Positions 37,528 to 46,481 of a DNA stretch of 64,000 nt are shown one piece after another. The position numbers were made by a program, and so were the translations under genes. The stretch spans positions 1,050,618 to 1,114,617 of the forward strand of contig OY820932.1 in assembly GCA_963682015.1 (NCBI GenBank), written 5' to 3'. The notes beneath the pieces were generated by a model. That model was not told the DNA's origin. It was given only the letters and a program-made list of their open reading frames with translations, and searched no databases. How positions within the stretch are numbered: the first letter of the stretch is position 1; every line of letters begins with the position of its first letter. The DNA comes from Smithellaceae bacterium (GTDB lineage: Bacteria; Desulfobacterota; Syntrophia; Syntrophales; Smithellaceae).

Positions 37528-38310
37528 TTATTTCCCCTTAAATACCGCGGTGCGACGTTCGATAAAAGATTGCAGACCCTCTTTCATATCTTCACTTTTC
37601 ATCACTTCGGCTACATCCCGGAACATGACCGCCAGGGCCGCTTGGTCACCTTCCAGGGCGGCCGTGCGGCACGATGCCAGCGCCCCCTGCACGCCCAGCG
37701 GAGCGGCCGCAGCCACCCTTCGGGCAATTTCCAGCGCAAGGTCGAGTTGCTTGCCCGGTTCGGTCACATGCTGCACCAGACCCAGGCGGTAAGCTTCCGC
37801 CGCGCTCATTTCATCGCCGGTCAGCATGTAACGCTGGGCGTTGGCCCAGCCGATTTCCCTGGGCAGCCTCAATGTCGCCCCGGCAGCCGGGAAAAAACCG
37901 CGTTTGACTTCCAGCATGGCAAAGCGGGTATTGTCTGCGGCCACCCGAATATCCGTACTCAGCATCATTTCAAAACCCCAGGTGTAACAATATCCCTGCA
38001 CGGCCATTACAACGGGTTTGCGGCAGCGCCTTTCGCTCATCACATAAAAAGGATCGATTTCATTTTCTTCGACGAAAGGAAATCCCCTGCCCGCGTCAAA
38101 CGTCCCTCCCCAGTCGATTAAATCCAGGCCGGATGTAAAATGAGGGCCAACGGCATAGACCAGTCCCACACGCGCATCCTCATCCTGATCCAGACGAAAG
38201 TAAGCGCGGGCGATTTCGTGATACATCGCCTGCGTCATGGCATTGTATTTTTCAGGCCGGTTGACTTCAATAAGCAGAATGTGATCTTCATTTTTCACGG
38301 TAACGGTCAT
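37528..38310 (-). CDS. enoyl-CoA hydratase/isomerase (crotonase) family protein
   Basis: ILLIEVNRPEKYNAM..., ..FTSGLDL.. and ..VVMAVQGYCYTWGFEMML are crotonase-fold motifs. Confidence 0.85.
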   Translation of the reverse strand: MTVTVKNEDHILLIEVNRPEKYNAMTQAMYHEIARAYFRLDQDEDARVGLVYAVGPHFTSGLDLIDWGGTFDAGRGFPFVEENEIDPFYVMSERRCRKPVVMAVQGYCYTWGFEMMLSTDIRVAADNTRFAMLEVKRGFFPAAGATLRLPREIGWANAQRYMLTGDEMSAAEAYRLGLVQHVTEPGKQLDLALEIARRVAAAAPLGVQGALASCRTAALEGDQAALAVMFRDVAEVMKSEDMKEGLQSFIERRTAVFKGK

Positions 38311-38707
38311 GCCGCAGTATTCCCATAACAAAATTTAGTGACCGGCAGTATAGTAAAAGGGTTTTCGCATGTCAACGCAATATTGAAGCTTTTCCCGGAA
38401 GCGGCCTGAAAGAAGGCATTAACGGGTCAGTTGTCCGGCAGACAGACAGTACCGGAAAACAATTTCTTGATAACCGCATCGGCCGGATATGGGGGTATTT
38501 ATAGTATGGCTCCTTTGTCCGAACCGGCCAACGCCTTCTATATTCCTTAATTTTTCTTTGTTTTAAGCGATTTACAGATCCAAACCCGCCGTCCGGAACG
38601 CCGGAGGGGATGTAATTGCATTTTTTTTGTTCAACTTCATGTTTTTCTTTGATTAATATTCCAGCATCAGTTACATTAACTGCGGAAAACCCGATATCGT
38701 ATGGCGT

Positions 38708-41700
38708 ATGGAGAAGAAGAAAATGTCTCTGGAAAAAGCGGGGTCCGACAAAACCAATACGGAAAAAAATAAATACCCTCCTCTAAAATTCGCCCATTTT
38801 CCCCTGTCTTTCGTAACCGATTCCACGGACGACGCCGCCGTGCTCACTACGCCCACAGGCATCATCACGGACTGGAACAGGAGCGCTCAAAAGATTTTTG
38901 GTTTTACCGGAAACATGGTCACCGGGAAACCTTTATGGCAATTTGCACCGTCTGACCGACAACACGATTTCATGGAGGGTGTTGATCGCATTAACAAAGG
39001 AGAACACCTCGTTCAGTTTGAACTGGAGTGGACGGACAAAAACGGCAAAAAAAAATACAGATCTCTGAGCATCGCTCCCATCCTGGGTCCCGGGAAAAAG
39101 CTGATGGGCATCATCACTCTGGCACGCGATACCACGGAACGAAAAAAAGCGGAGTTTAATCAGGAAAGACACAGGGTTTTTCTGGATAACATCAAAGATG
39201 CCTGCTTTGAATTTAATTTAAAAGGGAAGTGCACCTTCTGCAACGAAGCCGCGCATCAGATGCTTGGGTACTCCCGCGAAGAATACATGAACCTTAGCCA
39301 CCGGCAGCGATACAGGACAAAATCCGCTGCGGACAGCGCTTATCAAATCTATAACAACATCTTTCAAACCGGCACGATGGATACCCGTTTTGAATCGGAA
39401 ATGCTCTGCAAGGACGGATCGGTAATCACCGTGGAAATGGTGGTGTCCCCCATCTTCAATAATCAAAATGTGATTACCGGATTTCGGGGCGTAGGACGGG
39501 ATATCACCGCCAGGAAAAAAGGACAGATGGAACTTGAGCGATACCGGAATTTCGTGGAAAGCGTCGACGAAGGATGCTTTGAAACGGATCTGGCCGGCAC
39601 ACTTGTCTTTGTCAATCAGGCCGCTTCGCGCATCATCGGTTATCCGCGTGAAAAAATAATCGGCATGAATTACAGACAATATACCCAACCTCCGGAAATT
39701 GAAAAGATCAAACAGGCATTCAATCAGGTTTACCGAACCGGAACTTCGGTTACCATCGAAAACCATGAAGTCGTGGACTACCATGGCAATACCCGGAACC
39801 AGGAAGTATTCGTATCGCTCATGCGCAACGGCCAGGGAAAACCTGTCGGCTTTCGCGGAACCAACCGGGACATCACGAAAAATAAAAAAATCCAGGAAGC
39901 CCTCCGCCTGAGTGAAGAGCGCTATCACAACATGTTCGAATACAATAAAGCCGTCATGCTCCTGATCGATCCAGACACGGCCCGAATTATTGACGCCAAC
40001 CTCTCTGCCTGTTTTTATTACGGATACCAGAAAGAGGAACTTCTGGCAAAAAAGATGACAGAAATCAACACGGCATCTCCCGAAGAAATCCAGGAAGAAA
40101 TGAACCGGGCCAGACTGGAAGAACGCAGTCATTTTTATTTCAATCACCGCCTGGCCAGCGGCATCATTCGTCCCGTGGAAGTTTTTTCCGGACCGCTGGA
40201 GATCGGCGGCAAACAACTGCTCTATTCCATTATTCATGATATTACCGAACGGCGCAAAGCAGAGGATGAACTGCTCCGAAGTGAAGAAAAATACCGGACC
40301 ATTATTCAGAATATGGTTGATGCGTATTTTGAAAGCGATCTGGACGGTCGATTCACTTTTGCCAACGAAAACACCTGCTCCACGCTGGGATATTCCCTCG
40401 ATGAACTCGTCCATTTTGATTACCGGAAATTCACGACACCGGAAACAGGGGAAAAAGTAAGAGAAGTTTACCAGCGAACGCTCCAGACGGGAACACCAAC
40501 CACGCTAGTGGACTATGAAATCATCTGCCGGGATGGAACCATTCTCACCCATCAGCTGAATGTCGGACTGATGAGAGACGCCGCAGGCAATCCCATCGGC
40601 TTCCGGTCCGTTTCCCGAGACGTCACCCGCCGGCGCAAGGCGGAAGAGGAACTGCGCAGGAGTGAGGAAAAATACCGGACCATTCTGGAAAACATGATGG
40701 AGGGCTATTTTGAAAGCGATCTGGGTGGTCACATGACCTTTGTTAATGATGCCGGCTGTGCGATGATAGGTTACACAAAAGAAGAAGCTTATCGCCTGCA
40801 TTACAGTCAGTACACAACATCCGCATCCAAGAAAAAACTGCAAAATGCTTTCAGCCATGTTTTTCAGACCGGCATCGCCAGTAAACTGGGGGATTATGAA
40901 GTCATCCATAAAGACGGCGGGATTCGCATCCATCAACTGAGCATCGCTCTGCTCACAGATACTTCGGGCGAAAAAATCGGCTTCCGGGCGGTGGCCAGAG
41001 ATGTAACCGAACGCAAGGAAACAGAGGAAGCCCTGCGGCAAAGCGAAGAAAGAATCCGCCTGATTTTTAACAACATCCCCGTTCCCACGGTCGTCTGGAA
41101 AAGCAAAAACGATGCGCTGATTCTCATTGAATACAATGACGCCGCCATGCAGTATACCGGTGGCAGAATCATCGAATTCATCGGAAAAACCGTTGAAGAA
41201 TGCTACCCCCGCGCGCCGCACATCGCCATGGATATGCATCAATGTTTCTCACTGAGAACCAATATTGAAAAGAGTTTCTGGTTCGGATTCGGTGAGACGG
41301 AAGAAAACAAGTATGTAACCATCAAATACGCCTTCGTGCCGCCGGACAACGTCATCATGCATGTCAGCGACATGACCGCGCAGAAAAAGGCGGAAGAACA
41401 CCTGAAACACATCAGCATCCATGATGCCCTGACCGGCCTTTACAACCGGTTTTATTCAGACGCGGAAATCACCAGAATCAGCGCCAGCCGCCTTCGCCCG
41501 GTCAGCTTTATCGTCATCGATCTCAATAATCTGAAAAACATCAACGATCGTTTCGGACACGCTGCCGGCGATCTTTACATCAAAAACACGGCGACTCTGC
41601 TCAAACAGACCTTTCGGCCGGAAGATATGATCGCCAGAATGGGCGGTGATGAATTTATCATCATGCTGCCGTCCGTAGACGAAAACACATGCAGCCAGAT

Positions 41701-41908
41701 GATTACACGCCTGCAGGATAACCTCGCTCTTTACAACCGGGCAGCCGGTCAACCCATCAGTTTTTCCGCCGGAATTTCCACGGCCCATACCGGCGACAAC
41801 ATTGAAGCACTGATCGCCGAAGCCGACCGCCGCATGTACCAGGAAAAAGCCCGGATTAAAGTCGCCCAAAAGACCGCCATAAATGAAGACACTGATTCCT
41901 CAACCTGA
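38708..41908 (+). CDS. multi-PAS sensor diguanylate cyclase (GGDEF)
   Basis: About seven PAS/PAC units are separated by RDIT-ERKKAEE-type linkers. A GGDEF domain follows (DALTGLYNR.., RMGGDEFIIML). Confidence 0.9.
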   Translation: MEKKKMSLEKAGSDKTNTEKNKYPPLKFAHFPLSFVTDSTDDAAVLTTPTGIITDWNRSAQKIFGFTGNMVTGKPLWQFAPSDRQHDFMEGVDRINKGEHLVQFELEWTDKNGKKKYRSLSIAPILGPGKKLMGIITLARDTTERKKAEFNQERHRVFLDNIKDACFEFNLKGKCTFCNEAAHQMLGYSREEYMNLSHRQRYRTKSAADSAYQIYNNIFQTGTMDTRFESEMLCKDGSVITVEMVVSPIFNNQNVITGFRGVGRDITARKKGQMELERYRNFVESVDEGCFETDLAGTLVFVNQAASRIIGYPREKIIGMNYRQYTQPPEIEKIKQAFNQVYRTGTSVTIENHEVVDYHGNTRNQEVFVSLMRNGQGKPVGFRGTNRDITKNKKIQEALRLSEERYHNMFEYNKAVMLLIDPDTARIIDANLSACFYYGYQKEELLAKKMTEINTASPEEIQEEMNRARLEERSHFYFNHRLASGIIRPVEVFSGPLEIGGKQLLYSIIHDITERRKAEDELLRSEEKYRTIIQNMVDAYFESDLDGRFTFANENTCSTLGYSLDELVHFDYRKFTTPETGEKVREVYQRTLQTGTPTTLVDYEIICRDGTILTHQLNVGLMRDAAGNPIGFRSVSRDVTRRRKAEEELRRSEEKYRTILENMMEGYFESDLGGHMTFVNDAGCAMIGYTKEEAYRLHYSQYTTSASKKKLQNAFSHVFQTGIASKLGDYEVIHKDGGIRIHQLSIALLTDTSGEKIGFRAVARDVTERKETEEALRQSEERIRLIFNNIPVPTVVWKSKNDALILIEYNDAAMQYTGGRIIEFIGKTVEECYPRAPHIAMDMHQCFSLRTNIEKSFWFGFGETEENKYVTIKYAFVPPDNVIMHVSDMTAQKKAEEHLKHISIHDALTGLYNRFYSDAEITRISASRLRPVSFIVIDLNNLKNINDRFGHAAGDLYIKNTATLLKQTFRPEDMIARMGGDEFIIMLPSVDENTCSQMITRLQDNLALYNRAAGQPISFSAGISTAHTGDNIEALIAEADRRMYQEKARIKVAQKTAINEDTDSST

Positions 41909-42147
41909 GCGCTCCATATCCGCGCTTTCTTACGAGATCATGAACCTTGCCGACTCTGTCACCCCACAGCGGCGTTAAACATGCAGATCATTCTGCCTTC
42001 CGGTCCTGACCGATCAATTATCAGAATAACAACCAGACCTAAAAAATCACAACCATCGAAAAAGATCATGCTCATGGATAACGTATTGTCAGAAAAATTT
42101 TCCCCGGATAGTTACCGGTTGTTCCGATGCACGGGATGATGATTTTC

Positions 42148-42177
42148 TTGACAGCGGAAACTCTGTTTTCATATACT
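42148..42177 (+). promoter_or_regulatory. sigma70-type promoter (TTGACA-18 nt-TATACT)
   Basis: The -35 is at 42148..42153 and the -10 at 42172..42177, about 44 nt upstream of the ATG at 42221. Confidence 0.5.
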
Positions 42178-42220
42178 CTATACAGAAAATTAATTTCTTA
42201 TATTGACAGGGAGGATATCC

Positions 42221-42598
42221 ATGAAAAGAGCATTCCAGTTGAGTTTGTTTCTGTTTTTTCTAATTGTTTTGTTTCCTTCGGTGAGTTGTGCATCGTGCCC
42301 GGACCAGGTGATTTGCTACATGTCGATTCCCTGTCCGACTTCAAACTGCGGAAGCGACGCAAAATGGAAAGGCACCATCAGCGTTCCCACCTGCTGGAAG
42401 GCTTTAAAAGGCTGCAAGCCATGGCATTGTGACGGACAGTACAAAGATACCGACAGCAGGGACTGGCTGAATAAATGCAAACAACGATTTGATATGACCG
42501 GGAAACGCGGTCAGAAGCGTTGTGTAACTTTTCCCGTTGTTCACAAATCCGACGGCCAAACCGGCGGGCAGGATGATTACTGCGAGGATGTTCAGTAG
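42221..42598 (+). CDS. small secreted cysteine-rich protein (11 Cys)
   Basis: The ATG at 42221 follows GGGAGGA. A hydrophobic signal reads MKRAFQLSLFLFFLIVLFPSVSCA. I recognise no family. Confidence 0.6.
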   Translation: MKRAFQLSLFLFFLIVLFPSVSCASCPDQVICYMSIPCPTSNCGSDAKWKGTISVPTCWKALKGCKPWHCDGQYKDTDSRDWLNKCKQRFDMTGKRGQKRCVTFPVVHKSDGQTGGQDDYCEDVQ

Positions 42599-42722
42599 AC
42601 AACATCGAGCATCTCGCTGTTCGGTCATCTTTTGGCGCCGGTAAATCCATTCAGTCCCATGATATCTGAATGGATTATTGGAAACCTGTCATGTTTTTAC
42701 AGTACACGCCAAGATTCTCCTC

Positions 42723-42755
42723 TTGACAAATCCCGATATGGTTGTATAATACAAC
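42723..42755 (+). promoter_or_regulatory. sigma70 promoter (TTGACA-16 nt-TATAAT) with a perfect palindrome, GTTGTAT-A-ATACAAC, over the -10 box
   Basis: The -35 is at 42723..42728, the -10 at 42745..42750 and the palindrome at 42741..42755. The marR ATG is at 42760, only 9 nt after the -10. Confidence 0.6.
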
Positions 42756-42759
42756 TAAT

Positions 42760-43221
42760 ATGAAAACGAGAACAAGAGATTTTACCGAATGGATGGATAT
42801 TTTTATGGGTCTGGCGCAGGCAACACGATGCTGCCGGCAGGATACCGCATTTTGCGGAGGCGTAACCTTTCACCAGTATATGATTCTGGACGCCGTTGCC
42901 CAGAACGGTAATCTGAAGATTTCCGATCTTCACAGGCTGCTGGCCGTGGAAAAGAGCACAACCACAAGACTGTTAAAGCCGTTGCTTGACAAAGGCCTGC
43001 TGACCAGAGAACCGTCGGCTGCCGATTCCCGTTCTTTTCAGCTTGCTTTAACCGGAAATGGAGTCCAGACGCACCGGAAGGTTCAGGACTGTCTGGCGGA
43101 TTTTTTTAATAAGATCACTCAAAATCTGCCGGCAGGCGAGCGGAAAAAAATTCTGCGGTCCGTAAAGATGTTTATCGGCGCGGTCCGGAATGCATCCAAC
43201 ATCTGTAATTGCTGTCAATAA
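42760..43221 (+). CDS. MarR family transcriptional regulator (unusually Cys-rich)
   Basis: The winged-HTH pattern reads VTFHQYMILDAVAQNGNLKISDLHRLLAVEKSTTTRLLKPLLDKGLLTREPSAADSRSFQLALT. Cys clusters are CCRQDTAFC near the N-terminus and CNCC at the C-terminus. Confidence 0.8.
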   Translation: MKTRTRDFTEWMDIFMGLAQATRCCRQDTAFCGGVTFHQYMILDAVAQNGNLKISDLHRLLAVEKSTTTRLLKPLLDKGLLTREPSAADSRSFQLALTGNGVQTHRKVQDCLADFFNKITQNLPAGERKKILRSVKMFIGAVRNASNICNCCQ

Positions 43222-43236
43222 CCCGGGAGAGAAATC

Positions 43237-44373
43237 ATGGAAACAAAAACACAGTTTGCGCTGCCGGTGATTTCTACCGGCAATACTTCATCCGAAAATA
43301 TCAATCCCCAACCGGTCCCGGCGTCGCCGAAACAGCCGTTTGTAACCGGCATCCGGGAAACGCCCGCGGGTCCTGTCCCTGTTGTGTCCGCAGCGCTGAC
43401 TTTCCGGGACTCGCTGGGAAGCTTTTTTTGCCGGCTGGGCGCAGGCCGGATGGACTACAGTATTGATCCGGGGCTTTACGCCCTGGGTGCGCCCGACGAG
43501 TCCTCTCCCGTACTGATTTCCGCCAATTACAAGATGAGCTTCGATTATCTGCGCCGGGAGCTGCCGGGACGCAGCGTTTGGATTCTGGTCCTGGATACAA
43601 AAGGGATCAATGTCTGGTGCGCTGCGGGCAAGGGAACCTTCGGCACCGGTGAGCTGGTGTACCGTATCGAAGCCAGCGGTTTGAAAAAAATTGTCTCTCA
43701 CAGAAAAATCATTGTGCCTCAGCTGGGAGCACCCGGTGTTGCCGCTCATCTGGTTAAAGTACTGTCGGGATTCAGGGTTCATTTCGGTCCGGTCCGGGCA
43801 GAAGATCTGCCGGCCTATCTGGATGCCGGACTGACTGCAACGAAGGAAATGCGCAGCATGCCTTTCCCGATGACGGACCGCGCTGTTCTGATCCCGGTGG
43901 AACTTGTCGAGACGCTGAAACCCCTGTTGATCCTCTCCCTGGTCGCGCTGTTTCTGGCGGGAATCCTGGGGCCGCGCGACATTCTGACCAATATTGTCCA
44001 TGAAGGGATACCCGCCGTCCTAGCGCTGGTCATTGCCGTGCTGGCCGGAACAGCTCTCCATCCGCTGCTTCTGCCCTGGGTGCCGGGACGCGCGTTCTCA
44101 TTCAAGGGACTGATCATCGGCATGATACTCGCCGTGGGATTCATCGCGGCAAGGGGCGTCAATTGGCATTCCTGGCCGGGACGCGCGGAAGCTGTCTCCT
44201 GGCTGCTGATGATGCCGTCGGTTTCATCCTATCTGGCAATGAATTTTACGGGTTGTTCAACGTATACGTCTCTTTCCGGCGTGAAAAAGGAAATGCGTTT
44301 CGCCCTGCCTTTGCAGATTGCGGCCGCGTCACTGGGAGTGGTTCTCTGGATCACTTCCTTATTATGGGCATAG
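43237..44373 (+). CDS. hgcA: mercury methylation corrinoid protein HgcA
   Basis: The cap-helix motif GINVWCAAGKGTFG is present, with its Cys codon at 43618..43620. The C-terminal ~170 aa form 4-5 TM helices. A ferredoxin gene follows immediately. Confidence 0.85.
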   Translation: METKTQFALPVISTGNTSSENINPQPVPASPKQPFVTGIRETPAGPVPVVSAALTFRDSLGSFFCRLGAGRMDYSIDPGLYALGAPDESSPVLISANYKMSFDYLRRELPGRSVWILVLDTKGINVWCAAGKGTFGTGELVYRIEASGLKKIVSHRKIIVPQLGAPGVAAHLVKVLSGFRVHFGPVRAEDLPAYLDAGLTATKEMRSMPFPMTDRAVLIPVELVETLKPLLILSLVALFLAGILGPRDILTNIVHEGIPAVLALVIAVLAGTALHPLLLPWVPGRAFSFKGLIIGMILAVGFIAARGVNWHSWPGRAEAVSWLLMMPSVSSYLAMNFTGCSTYTSLSGVKKEMRFALPLQIAAASLGVVLWITSLLWA

Positions 44374-44384
44374 GAGAAATTCCC

Positions 44385-44711
44385 ATGAGAAATCCTGTTT
44401 ATCTGAAAAATGTTGTAACGCTTCAAATGGATTCAAAAAAATGCACGGGCTGCGGGATGTGCCTGGAGGTCTGCCCGCACGAAGTGTTTAAAATGAATGG
44501 GAAAAGCGTTGGAATTGTTCAACGTGACGCCTGTATGGAATGCGGCGCTTGCAGCCGCAACTGCCCGGCGGGAGCCGTCACCGTACAGTCCGGCGTCGGG
44601 TGCGCTGCGGCAGTGATCAACAGCCTTCTGGGAAGAAACGGCGGAGAATGCTGCTGCGGCCCGCAGACGGAATCCAGGGAGTCGGCGCTGGGCCGCAGTT
44701 GCTGCGGTTGA
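44385..44711 (+). CDS. hgcB: mercury methylation ferredoxin HgcB
   Basis: The 108-aa protein has two CX2CX2CX3CP motifs, an internal GVGC cysteine, an ECCCG cluster and a C-terminal ..SCCG vicinal Cys pair. The ATG lies 11 nt after the hgcA stop, with a GGAG RBS. Confidence 0.85.
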   Translation: MRNPVYLKNVVTLQMDSKKCTGCGMCLEVCPHEVFKMNGKSVGIVQRDACMECGACSRNCPAGAVTVQSGVGCAAAVINSLLGRNGGECCCGPQTESRESALGRSCCG

Positions 44712-45027
44712 ACGCGGTGATTTCCGTACAGTTCAAACCGGAACCAGCCCCCTGCAAACAGGCTTGAGCCTTAATCGGGACATAAATTCAACACGTTGAT
44801 ATAATTAATTTTATTTATTCATGCCTTGACTTTGCCCGGTCTTTCTAGTATGGGTTTCCCGGTCCACTCAAATGACCTCAATGTATTTATGGATAAAGGA
44901 CTTTTACCATCATCTCAGAACAAGACCTTCCATAGCCGTCATTGGGGATCTATGCACCTTTTCAAACCCATTTACAGTCAGAAAATCATTCCCCCGTCAC
45001 TTTCGGGGGTAAAGGAGGAAATACATC

Positions 45028-46299
45028 ATGACCAACAGTAGTACAAAGGAAAGCAGGTCACCGGTACTCGGTATTAACAGTCTGGGACGAATCGGCAAAT
45101 TGACCCTCTGGCATCATGTCGGCAGAAAATACTTCAAGGAAATCGTTGTGAACCAGGGCCGCGACGTGGGCATGGGCATGGAAACGATCGCCCGCCTGAT
45201 TGAAGCGGATGCGACATACGGGTTACTTCACCGCTTCCTGTACGGCTATCAGGCAAAGCCCTGCATCCAGATCACGGACGATAAAAACGGAAAAATGCTC
45301 ATTGACGGCATACCGGTAACCGTTCTGCGGGAACAGCGCAATCCGTTAAACATTCCCTGGCGTCAGTACGGAGCGGATATTGTGGTGGATTGCAGCGGCT
45401 CCTTTAAAGACCCGACCGTCCCCGTAGACGACAAGAAGGGATCCATCCGCGGACATTTAAACGGCGGAGCCAAGGTTGTCATCCATTCCGCCCCGTTCAA
45501 AATCAAAAGCAAGGCCCTGTCCACGCCCGAGGACACCACCACTTTGATTTACGGCATTAACCACACCGCGTTTAATCCCAAGAAGCATATTCTGGTATCC
45601 GCGGCGTCCTGCACCACGACGGGACTGGCGCACATGGTGAAACCGCTTCTGGACAATGAGGAGACCAGTACGATTCTCACGGCCTCCATGTCCACGATCC
45701 ATGCCGTCACCAACTCCCAGACCGTTCTGGATAAACTGCCCAAGGCGGGTGAAAAGGACATCCGCAAAACACGCAGCATCCTGAACAACATTATTCTGAC
45801 CTCCACCGGTGCGGCAAAGGCTCTGGCTGAAGTCATTCCGGAAGTCAAGAATATCGGGTTCATGGGCGATTCCATCCGGGTGCCGACCAACACATTGTCG
45901 CTCATTGTCCTCAACGCCACATTCCAGGCCAAGTCAAACGGCAAGGGCGACTCAGCCAGTATCGACACGAAAAAGCTCAATGATATTTACGCGAAAGTCG
46001 CTGCGGCCAATCCGCTGGTCCGCTTTACCATGCAGCAGAACGTATCGACGGACCTGATCGGCGAAGACGCCGCGATCATCATTGAAGGCCAGTTTAATCA
46101 CACGCGAACCGCCTTCATTCCGGTTGACCTTTCGCAGATTCCCTCCCTGCCGGCGGCTCTGCTGGCCGGTGTCGGCGAAAAGATGCTTCAGGTGCCGGTG
46201 GTCCATGCCAAGATTTTCGGATGGTATGACAACGAGTACGGCAGCTACACCAATCGCATGGGTGATTTGACCGTTTACATTCACAAGAACATTCAGTAG
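45028..46299 (+). CDS. glyceraldehyde-3-phosphate dehydrogenase family protein (atypical long form, 423 aa)
   Basis: GINSLGRIGK, SAASCTTTGLAHMVKPL (catalytic Cys), STIHAVTNSQ, TSTGAAKA, RVPT and WYDNEYGSY are GAPDH motifs. The protein is about 90 aa longer than classical Gap. Confidence 0.75.
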   Translation: MTNSSTKESRSPVLGINSLGRIGKLTLWHHVGRKYFKEIVVNQGRDVGMGMETIARLIEADATYGLLHRFLYGYQAKPCIQITDDKNGKMLIDGIPVTVLREQRNPLNIPWRQYGADIVVDCSGSFKDPTVPVDDKKGSIRGHLNGGAKVVIHSAPFKIKSKALSTPEDTTTLIYGINHTAFNPKKHILVSAASCTTTGLAHMVKPLLDNEETSTILTASMSTIHAVTNSQTVLDKLPKAGEKDIRKTRSILNNIILTSTGAAKALAEVIPEVKNIGFMGDSIRVPTNTLSLIVLNATFQAKSNGKGDSASIDTKKLNDIYAKVAAANPLVRFTMQQNVSTDLIGEDAAIIIEGQFNHTRTAFIPVDLSQIPSLPAALLAGVGEKMLQVPVVHAKIFGWYDNEYGSYTNRMGDLTVYIHKNIQ

Positions 46300-46323
46300 C
46301 CCGGAGTCAAGACGATACCCTCT

Positions 46324-46358
46324 CCCCCGCTTTCGAATTTTCCTTACGAAAGCGGGGG
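46324..46358 (+). terminator. 12-bp GC-rich hairpin after the gap-like gene (no clear U-tract)
   Basis: The hairpin is CCCCCGCTTTCG-aattttcctta-CGAAAGCGGGGG. Confidence 0.4.
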
Positions 46359-46481
46359 AAGTATAATACCGCCTTTACGCAAACAGCTTCTTTTCTATTC
46401 ATCCAGCGTGGTATATGGTATATTCTGATTAAGAAGTTCACATCTTACCGCGGTCAAACAAAAAACCGGAGATGGAACAGC

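Noticed and set aside
39218-40414. A 398-aa ORF on the minus strand.
   Set aside because: It is antisense to the multi-PAS GGDEF gene, whose PAS/PAC repeats and GGDEF motif are unambiguous.
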